Shown here: positions 39,656 to 49,604 of the stretch, in pieces
Position numbering within the stretch: the first letter of the stretch is position 1
Layout of the letters: the number at the start of each line of letters is the position of its first letter
Assembly: GCA_051362555.1 (NCBI GenBank)
Contig: CM120640.1
Span: 19,530,001-19,594,000, forward strand
Direction: 5' to 3'
DNA: 64,000 nt
Source: Lingula anatina
Lineage: Eukaryota; Animalia; Brachiopoda
Translations under genes and position numbers: made by a program
Notes under the pieces: generated by a model
Told to the model about the DNA's origin: nothing
Seen by the model: the letters and a program-made list of their open reading frames with translations, nothing else
The model's database searches: none

Positions 39656-41762
39656 CAAATGCTAGGTTATTTGTTTATTTATACACCTCACATGGACATT
39701 AAATACAATAATAATTTACCATGAAATGTTGCTAAGGTGACAAACGATAAAGATTTTGATACTTGAGATCAAAAGGCTAAATAAACTGATTCACAACAAA
39801 TAGATATTGATGCATCAAATGCTCTACAAGACAGACTGCTTTGTGTGTCTATGTGTGCTAATCAATAACATTCAGAATAGATGTTCAGGCACAATTTCAA
39901 TATTTCAAATTCACTAACCTAATTTAACAACACCCTTCTTGGTGAGAAAAACATTCTGACTTTTCAAATCTCTGAAAGGAAATATATGTCAATTTATCAG
40001 TTTTAAAAAACACTGAACAAATATAATGGACCAATCAAGTTTTTGTAATAGACATTTCACCAAAAAGGGATTTAAAGATTTAATTACATTGTTCAGAGGA
40101 CAAAACCACAACTGTGATACTAGACTGTTCAAAGAGGTTCTGGGTATAAGTAATTATGGACTGTACTAGGGTTTCTAATGGGTGTCTATAGGGTTGATTT
40201 TTTTTTTTTTTTTGAGTCCCTGAAGAAGGCAGCAAGCCAAAAGCTCAGACATTGTGCCAAACACGGTAGATCTTTATAGATGCATTTAAATGTAACATAT
40301 TCATTACTTAGACTGTTCAAACAATAAGTTCAAATCTAGACCAAAATAAGTTCTTAATACCTGTGTAAAATCTTCTTGGAATGCATATGTTGAACAGCCA
40401 TTGCAATCTGAATAAACCACTGAAAAAAGACAACAGGATATATTTTAATCCTGAGAAAAAAAACTAACAAACAAAGAACACATTGTTTATCTATTTCATC
40501 ATTTCTTCAAAAAACACCTTTATAATCATACATTATGTTTATGTTGTTTTTTAATATTAACTACATTTTTACATATATGGTGATCCCCAGGTTATGCTTA
40601 CATGCATGATATCTTTTTCAGGGAAGAAGGACTGTGTCTGAAATTAATAATGTGTTCATTTTATCATATCCAGTATATAAAAAGCATGAAAACTGTTCAT
40701 TTTGGTCTTAATACATCCCATATGAAAACAGCATAATAGTCTCAAATTTATCATAGAACAATGACTTAGCTTTACTCTTACGAACAAGTATTTTAAATAT
40801 GTAATATGTCTGAATAATACAAAAATGCATGATATGGTTACCACAGCAGCAGCTTTAATCTTGTCATCTAGAGTTCCTCCATCACAGTAATCCTACAAGA
40901 AATTAAATACCTTCTTATTCCTTAAATTTACAAAATTAAATTATTAATAATTTACATAAAGTTAAAAAAACATTAAATCATAAAATACCATATTATATAT
41001 GGACAATTCAAAAAGACTGATAAAGAAAAGATAAAAACCTAAACAAACAATCAGCACAAAATCATATTCATTAGCACATTAGATAAAAACACTGGAAAAA
41101 CTTCACTGAGCTCAACAAAAAAGGAAGAAAGCGCAATGAATTTACCTGAACAATATAGAGATATTCTTCTTTCTCATCAAAGAAGGAATCATGATATGAC
41201 ACTATATGAGGATGCTTCAATTCAGCTAGGATACTGTAAGATAAAAAAAAGAATGTAATGTATATATTGTTTAAATCAACAACCTTACTAATTTCACATA
41301 TAATATAACTCAACGGGAAAATAAAAATGTGTGTGTGTGTTTCTTTTTCTCTCTTTACTTACTTAGCCTCACGTAAAACAGCTTCTTTTGTACGAGTTTT
41401 CTTTTTCTCATCTAGCTCAATCCTCTTCATTGCTAACATCCTACATAATATCAAGAATGTTACAAAAATTAATTACATGGATACAATAATCAGCATCAGC
41501 ATCATCATCTCTGCAGTTTTGCAAATTATTACACCTCTACATTTAACAAAAATATTTAAAGTAAAAGCAACTCACTTGATTTATTATTATTACTTATATA
41601 TTTTTCTCAAACTTACGTGAGGTCAGAGACAATTAAGACTGGAGATTTAAACTTCCAGTAGCTTAAAGTTCACACTTACTTTTTGGTAGTCATGTTTCGC
41701 ACGAGCATCACCTCTCCACATGCCCCTTTTCCAATGGAGTGTATTCGTTCATACTTATCCAT
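35128..41762 (-). CDS. NIMA-related (NEK family) Ser/Thr kinase, complete, 17 coding exons, 530 aa
   Basis: Exons (minus): 41762-41680, 41440-41363, 41233-41146, 40892-40842, 40637-40602, 40419-40361, 39971-39919, 39617-39490, 39235-39134, 38859-38780, 38548-38396, 37996-37821, 37564-37445, 36479-36382, 36058-35940, 35598-35512, 35209-35128. All introns are GT-AG and the total is 1593 nt in frame. Motifs: MDKYE, GKGACG, AMK, DYCDGGTL, WFIQI, HRDLKSQNVFL, DFG, GTPCYLSPE, KSDIWALGC, plus an acidic C-terminal tail. Confidence 0.93.
39622..39651. repeat. (AT)n microsatellite abutting a NEK splice acceptor
   Basis: About 15 units directly upstream (minus strand) of the cag acceptor of the DFG exon. 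Confidence 0.92.
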
Positions 41763-42171
41763 GATTTTAAATGATATATGTATTGACCTAACACTGACCA
41801 AATGACTCCTTGTTCTATTTCATAAGAGTCACATTTACATTGCTATTTCTCCAGCTCCACAGTACACCTGAAAATAATAAAAAGTTATTGCGCGTTCATA
41901 TTAACTTTACTAGCAGAACATTGAGAACACAAATACCGAGTTCTTCTGGACGATGTTGGGGAAATTTAGGAATGTGAACCATACACAAATACTTTCTGAC
42001 TCATCGCTGTTTTGAATTTCCCGATTTAGTGCCACCGTTTGACAAAGGAATGTTATTGATTCTTGTGTCAAGTTTTTAAAGAAATTATATGATCTTAGTT
42101 TTTAGTTTATATGAATTGAAGGCCAAAACGAGTTTAATTAGCACATATGACGTAAGATTTAAAACTCATAC

Positions 42172-42300
42172 CAGCAATTTAACTAATTAAAACTTGTGCA
42201 ATTCAAGTTGTTCCGAAGTTTAGAAGCTCTTCCGCCATCTTGTTTACAAATATAAAAAGGATAAATGTGTACTCCGATACCGACAAATCGGGTCAAGGAA
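42172..42300 (-). promoter_or_regulatory. Probable promoter and first non-coding exon of the NEK gene
   Basis: YY1 motif CAAGATGGCGG at 42232-42242 (minus), a CTG|gtatga donor at 42172/42171, and a ttttcag acceptor opening the ATG exon at 41867. Confidence 0.55.
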
Positions 42301-42504
42301 GTGCCCTGGATGTAGTAGGCTTACTTGGCGCAAGGAGTTGTGACAGAAGCTCCTTGCTTGGAGCTAGCCTTACTTTTTAAAAGTTTTCATAAATCCTCTT
42401 TATTAAACTAAATTAATAAACTAAACGAAACTAAATTCTAATTATTCAAATGTGGATATTATTTTGATCCCCAATGTTCATTTAAAGATTAATTATAGTT
42501 TTGT

Positions 42505-42542
42505 CAAGGAGTTATAACAGAACCTTCTGTTATAACTCCTTG
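42505..42542. repeat. Perfect 18-bp inverted repeat with 2-nt spacer
   Basis: CAAGGAGTTATAACAGAA-cc-TTCTGTTATAACTCCTTG. Confidence 0.9.
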
Positions 42543-43095
42543 GTTTTGTAATTAGGCCTATGTTTGACTAGACTGCTTGGACATCGAAATACTTTTTGGT
42601 AGCTATATGTATAGACTGTAAAACGTTCAAAAATGGCTCTTGTTTTCACCATACATTTCCATGTTCTCACATATAGGCCTATAACGTTTTTTGATAGTCT
42701 TGCACTCTGTACACACAGCCATTTGAGTGACATTTATCTCCTGTTGGTCTTTTTGTATTAACATCTCCCATCCTTAATAATCTCTAATCTATACTGAATA
42801 ATAAGTTTTATGTTTTTAACCCGAAAGTCATTCAGGTACCTACAAAAAGATTCATTGTGCCGATTTTTATCTCTAACCAAAATCCTCGTTACTCCGACAT
42901 TTCAGTAAAACTAAGGTTCACTGCTACGAAAATTAATTGGTTCGAAGGTGTATTTCTGTCCCTCTCGCCTATATTCAGTCATGTTTTGCATTCAAAATAC
43001 TGGTATAAAATAACTAGTCTACGCTGCCTAAAAAATTAAATGTTAAAATTGTTCGATGAACTCGTGCAGGTTGTCGCGAAAATCCTTAATCGTAG

Positions 43096-43126
<31 letters not shown>

Positions 43127-43569
43127 AGGATATTTTACATAGCTTTATCGCTTTAGTACCGAAATCATATTTTGTGGATATTTAATCACACAACTTGTAG
43201 AACAACTTGCGCTATTGTATAAGCATGCATCCGAGGCTACTGTTGCTAACTGCTAAAAGGCAAGCACCGACTGTGTTACCTTTATTATGTCACTTACAGC
43301 CGTATATCCGGTACATTCAATCGTCCCTATTGGTATGTTGTCTTAATCTGTGCTGTTTTTGAATTATACTGTACATACCAGTAGGGCCTACCCCAGAAGC
43401 CCTAAGGGATGAAATTTGTTTCGTAAAAAATTGCTTTTGTCTTTTTACTCCACAAAAAAGAAGAAAAACATATTTACAGAAATCGGAGGTTTTGAAAGAT
43501 TCATTTCCTACATTTTTGTATTAAATGGCCGTTTTGAAAATAAAACACGGCGAATGAAAATTAAAAAGT

Positions 43570-44229
43570 CGTCATCATCATCATCATGAACGGTTGGGTC
43601 GGAGCCGACCAGCCGTGGCCCCCTTAACAAAAGCTCTCCAATGGTTACGATTTTGTGCCATTCTGACTGCTTGAACCATGGACTCACATAGGTCCGTTAA
43701 ATCGTCGCTGTATCGCGTTTTAGGTCTACCGCGTCCCGAGGTCCGTATACTGTTCTAATAAATAATGATTTTTTTCCTTTGTTGGCCTCTCAGAATGTGT
43801 CCCACAAGGGTAAGCTTTCTCTCTGTGTCTCAGCACTTTATCATAGACCTGGTAACCCAGCTGATTCTAAGAACAGGCCGAGAGCACCATAATTCAAAAC
43901 TTTCTAATCTCTTCCTGTCTGATTTGTCTCCTTTGTGTTAAGAGAAATGCTTATGTCCTTCCAGACCATTGTAATTCGTCGTTTTATATCTGAAGTGTCA
44001 TCGGATTTATCAGTGCATATCGCACTAAGATAGATAAATTATTTCACGTTTTCAACCTTCTCAGCAGTGATCAGGATATGACCGTTTCCTACATCCTCTT
44101 CAGTGTGTCTCTGTATCTTCATCACCTTTGCTTACTTAGCGTTTAGAAAAAGACCAACTCTCTCGCTTTCTGTTCTCACCCTGTCAACCAATTCTTACAG
44201 TTTGGACGTAGAGCTCACAATAAGGATGA
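43570..44229 (-). mobile_element. 5'-truncated, decayed RTE-clade LINE (C-terminal part of the RT ORF plus tail)
   Basis: Minus-strand translation with stops and deletions: ELVDRVRTESERVGLFLNAK, EKVENVK*FIYL, DIKRRI, VWKDISISLNTK, KRLESFELWC, VGHILR, GRGRPKTRYSDDL, MAQNRNHWRAFV, then a stop directly followed by a (TGA)n tail. This layout is typical of RTE-type elements. Confidence 0.85.
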
Positions 44230-44292
44230 GACATCAAATAATAATCAATAAGAAAGACATGACTGAAAATCAAGAATTCAGGTTATAGTTAT

Positions 44293-44364
44293 TATTATTA
44301 GGCCTATAATATAGGAAACTATTGTGACGTCACAATAGTTTCCTATTTTATAGACCTAATAATA
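44293..44364. repeat. 72-bp near-perfect palindrome centred on TGACGTCA
   Basis: Two 36-bp arms with no spacer and 2 mismatched pairs (44303/44354 and 44310/44347). Confidence 0.9.
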
Positions 44365-45037
44365 TCGGCATTATTACATCTTGGTCACAACATGACGTCA
44401 CAATGCCTCAATGGAGACAAAAAAAATTCACTCCATTTCTCCCTGAAATACGATAGGTCTAAATGATAAAATATTTAAAGGATATTGATAGTTTTTTAAG
44501 TAAATGGTTGCAATAATAACCTGAAGTATTCTTTTTGCTAAGCTAAGGTTCGGTTGGAAAAACTTTTAACGCTTTTCTCGGAAAAGCAAAGCGTTATTCT
44601 CATTCAATTTATTGTGACGTCATATTCACGTTTATATAGTTCGACTGAATCGTCAATAATCTGACATTTATCTAAATAATTGTGAAAACATGAATAACTT
44701 GCAGAAAACAATTTCAAGGTATTTGCCAACAAGGTAAGAGATATTTTGTTCTTTTTTTAATGTCAAACTTTATATTTATCGTTTTACAGCGATGTAAACA
44801 ATATTAGCATTTCCACTTTGAGCACAATTGTTGTGAACAGACAGAAAATTCCGTATTCTGTGTGTAGTGTTAAGTGACCTTTAATGAGCACTTTGTATTG
44901 AAATTAATTCAGGAATTATGTCCTTAATTAATTTCAATACAAAGTACACTTTGCATTCAAGTTGTCTATATTGCTAATTTATATTTAGTCAATTATATTG
45001 TTATTATTATTTTTTTTAATTTGTCTGATTTGTACAG

Positions 45038-45405
45038 AAAGGAAAGTGGTGCTGTGGTGAGGCTTCCTCACCTGGAGGAGGGTGGAAGGAGACACCCCTG
45101 CCCCTTGCCAATAGCCATGAGAGGAATAGCCACTCAGGGCCTCCCAAGTTTGGTCCCGATTGCCCGATATCCTCATCGCCCCACAGAGCCACGCCCAGAA
45201 GTCCTCAGGCCACTGGGTAGACATGTCGTCGCAGCAGACATTGGGGCTCGACCACAACTTGGTAAGCAAGATCCTGCATGTGTTCAACGTTCCTTTCAAG
45301 GAGGCAAGAGAAACTCTTCAATAAGATCGCTGGGGGAGCACGTTGAGTATTTCAGAGAAAAGAAGATCCGACCTAGAGGTCTTCATCAGCCCCAAGGCTT
45401 TGTAA
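45038..45405 (+). pseudogene. Frameshifted coding relic of unknown, probably mobile-element or viral, origin
   Basis: GC-rich block after a tttgtacag acceptor. Runs of C/G-ending codons spell LPDILIAPQSHAQKSSGHWVDM..LGLDHNLVSKILHVFNVPFK / EKLFNKIAG / EHVEYFREK / SDLEVFISPKAL* across frameshifts. Family not recognised. Confidence 0.35.
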
Positions 45406-47347
45406 GCAGACGGGCGGCCGTTCTACAGAATCCCGAATAATCGGACGTGCAGACAGCCCCCAGATCTTGCCACGGAAATCTTGAGAATGTGAGTATTCTC
45501 AAGCCCAATACTCAAAACAGGAGAAAGTAAAATGGACACCTGACCCACCTGTTCGTGCAATAATGCCAATATGGACAATAAGATACGAGATGGATGTTCT
45601 GAGAATGTGACAGATTCTCATTTTGATGAATTACCGTTTTTATTGCTATATTAGTAAAAAGAAAAAGGGGGGGGGGGATCACCAACAGATAGATTACAAC
45701 TTACCATTTTTGCATGTGGCTTTCACGTGGTTAGCTGTTTGAATATCTCGAAAAGGAAGGATGGGACTAAGAAATCTAGTTAATCCATTGAGGACAAAGT
45801 GAACACAGTTGCGACTGTTTGAGTTTATCGGTACACTTTGATAAGAAAAAATAGTGCAGCAAGGAAGTGGTTTGATGCAGTTTCGTTCAGACTTAAAACT
45901 GATATCATACTTGTGGAATTCATCATAAAGTGTTTCTAAATTTGACTTATTTTGAACACGGATGCAAAGATAACTTATTCCGTTGGTGATATATTGTTCT
46001 AATTTTAATGTTTAATGGATAGGCCTAACCTTCATCATCATTTATCTTGTGATTCATCGTCATCAAATCCGAGTGAACGCACTTTCTTAACATAACACCG
46101 AATAAAATGTGTTTCTTGAAATGTCAAAATTCCCTTTTTTTGTAATATACACTGTCATTGTTAAATAGAATAACAAAACATGGAATGTGGAAGATGTGTT
46201 CACTGCCACCAAACCAAAAACAGTATCTCTGCAATATTCAGAGCCATTTCAACCACTCCCTGAGTGATATTGTGAATCAGAGACAGCCCAATATTGTGGT
46301 TAACTTGCGTACCATGAATATAAAAAGTAAAAATATGGTAGGCCCAAATAGCAGAGCGGGTTTGCTCTTACTTGTGAGGCAATATCTAATATCATTGTAG
46401 CAATTGTATCCACTGAAAAGTCTGCAGAGACAATCTATTCATAAAATCATTTTATTTTAAATGCAGTAAAATGTTGTAAAGGGACTTGCATAAACGATGA
46501 ATAGTCATAAATGTTATATCAACTATTAAAATATAAATTAACATATGAAAATGTGGAAATTAGATATTGTTGGTTGATTCGTTAGTATTTTTTTTAGTTA
46601 CTCATATTACTCAAAGCTCCCTGAAACTATTACTTATACCTCATAAAATAGTAGGCCTATTTTTCTTTACTTTTATGTATGTTTATACAGATCTCTGATG
46701 CAAACAATAACCATTTTCTGTATTTTTTTCACCTGTCATTAAAATCAATTATTAAGTGCCCGTGAAATGACTTTGATTCAAATCAAGCCATAACCAATTT
46801 AAGTCGTACTTATTGTATAGCTACTTAATGCCATCATATAATTGTGCGAAATCTTAACTAAGTGAAGACACTATGTTTTGACAATAAAACTTCCTACTTT
46901 TTTATAAGAACAACATGTTGCTAGCATAGCAACAAAGACAATCTTAATAATCATACCTCGTAGAATTTGACCGCACCGGGCCATACCGCGTTCATACATG
47001 CTCGAATGCGAACACCTACCAAAGTAATATTGAGTCGCCACGTTTTTTGATCAACCTCAATCACAGCTATGCCATAATATTCTCAATGCATTTACATTTA
47101 CATATCTAGTAAATACCATTGCATTTAAAATCCTGCACAACGTACCTCAGACAAACCTGTATGTATTGGACTCAGATTTCTCTTATTCACGAGAAAATAA
47201 TATTCTCATTATAGAATGTGCAAGCAATGTAGACATGTGTTGTTAGCCAGAGCAGCGAGTTGAGTAGCCTTACTACCCTTTGGCCGTCTTTTTGCTGTCT
47301 GCGACTGAATAAATTCCAAACGATCAAACGATCAACTGTTTGTCATG

Positions 47348-49604
47348 TTAAACGTTTTCGAACTTTCTTATGTGACTTTTGACCGTAGACATCGGTTCTA
47401 AATAACCCCCTTCGTATGGATTCATTTCTTCATATGCCCCTTCATCGTTGTCGTCAACTGTGACAACGTGATGTGGTTGTGATGTTTCATCCAGTATTTC
47501 TTGAAGTTTCAATGGCAGTTTTTGCTGCTGTTCTTGTTCGTCTTTGTCCGCTGTTGTCTGTTTTTCCTTACGTCTCGTTTTCCTCTTAGGTTTGGGATCC
47601 TTTGGTGAAATTTTTTCATCGTCACTTTTGTTATTTTCAGAGACTGAAAACTGTGATAAAACTCTGTAGTGTCCCTGTTCGTCATTTTTCATGTCACTTT
47701 TCTCAAGGCCAGTGTAGACATTCGCTTCTGATGGTCGTTTCTTCGCAATGCTGCAAACTGGAGTTTCGTTCCTCCTTCTCCTGTAGAAAAAAAGAAGAAA
47801 CCGTTTCAAATTGTAGAATAATACTTACTAAATGCGGAGTGCTTGCACCAGCTTATAATGGAATCTCAAACAAAACTATAGTGTTACCAAACTACCAGTT
47901 GCACAGAGTTTCAGGTTTCGTGACTTTCATTGTACACATTTGCCATTCATTTAATGTGTCTATACTGTAAACCTATGAGCTATATAAGTATTTGTATATA
48001 CGGGCTCAATGTGAATCCATATGATCACAGGGCATAAGTAAAAAGTGAGAGACAGCAGCGAAAGAGAACGCCCGAAAATAAAACGTACCTTCGACGATCA
48101 CGCCAGTAGCACAATCCCACAACGGCACAAACGATGATTAAAAGAACAGAAGGGATTACAGCAGCTGCTATTGTAGCTGAAATGAAAATACAGTTATGTT
48201 GGGACGGCGTGATGCTATTGTTTTTCAACTTGTTTAATTAGTATAAACACATGGGAACCATACATATGGATTTTTCAAAATATTCGCAAAATAATATTTC
48301 AGAAAGTGAGAAAAGACAGTAAGGCCAGACAAAACTGATAAGTTGGTTAACAAGTGGCGACCGTCTAAAAATAGGGTCGGTCTGTAAACGTGTGGATTAA
48401 AAATTGATTTGCACAAAATCAGGATCGGTCATTAAGCAACTGATCAATTTTACCTAGTCGTATTTTAGATTTTTCATTTATGCCCTAATACTTTTACATT
48501 TACCATACTAGAGAATTATCTCAAACAGCTTCATCTCACCTGTTCTCATTGCCGCGATTTTCTCTTCCAACTCCCTTACAGTCCCATTGCTTGTGGAATT
48601 TTGTCTGCTCTGGTTCGATGCCGGCACCACAGTTTGAGGTTGCGGAACACTGGTTGTGGTTGAAGTGTCTCGTCGCGGTGCGTTTGACGTTGTACTAGAT
48701 TCTGAAAGATATTTATACCTTCGGTAATGTTCTGCATACGCACAACGCGACACTGAAACTAGGTTTACAATACCAAACTATAAGCCAAGGATGATGTTCC
48801 AAATGCGTTTTTCGCGAAACGGGCGAATTATACGTATTTTAATTTTTTTTTCGAGATAACATATGGTAACATAGAGTATTTACATAAAAACCACGTGGTC
48901 ATAATTGCAAAATTTTTGTGCAAGTGATTATTTCCCTTTATTAATGTCCTGTTGCAAAACCGTTTAGAATTAATGCTTATTAATAAAACATTACGTTCCG
49001 GGTTTTTTAGTAATAGGCGTAAATAACTACAGTTTGGTTACAAAACGCACCTGCGACACATGTGAATTTCAAAGAAGGATCTTTAACAAAATCCGTGCCA
49101 TTGTAATACTTCCAAGTATTGGTCACCAAATGGGGTTCCTGCGCTGTGTCAGTCACATAAATTCCAGCATTATTTCCCCCAAGAGTTTTACCAACTAGCC
49201 ACTGTCCTTTGCCCTCCAAAAAGAACACAAATATATCCCTGTATAAAAACTCTCTTTTGTAAGAAGGACGACTAGGATCACCCGTGGATTGCGGATCAAG
49301 CAGGTAATAGTATTTAAACACTTTGTCCTCCTGGAATTTCAGTGCCTCATTGCTTCCCTCCAAGTAATATCGACTGCAAGGACCGGCTGGAATAAATTTC
49401 ACCTCATTAATTAATTTTATTCATTATTTGATAAAAGAGGCCAAATGCACTAGCAAATCTATAACAGATATTAAATTCCGCCATATAAAATAAAATTTCA
49501 ATAAATAAAGCAATTTATATTTTTATAAAACATTTACCTGCTTCTGTTACCACCAACTCTGGCACGAGCAGAAGACCGAAAAGAATTGAAGCTAACAGCT
49601 GCAT
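47348..49604 (-). CDS. Uncharacterised type I single-pass membrane protein (361 aa) with cytoplasmic tyrosine motifs
   Basis: Exons (minus): 49604-49538 (signal peptide MQLLASILFGLLLVPELVVTEA), 49386-49051 (about 112-aa aromatic-rich ectodomain bounded by two Cys), 48701-48540 (Ser/Thr-rich stalk), 48176-48089 (TM IAAAVIPSVLLIIVCAVVGLCYW followed by RDRRR), 47780-47348 (cytoplasmic tail). Introns are GT-AG with phases 1,1,1,2, total 1086 nt in frame. Confidence 0.85.

Noticed and set aside
45021-45440. 139-aa ORF as an intact gene
   Set aside because: Non-ATG start and Pro/Arg-rich composition typical of an off-frame read of GC-rich DNA. The codon-bias signal lies mostly in other, broken frames.
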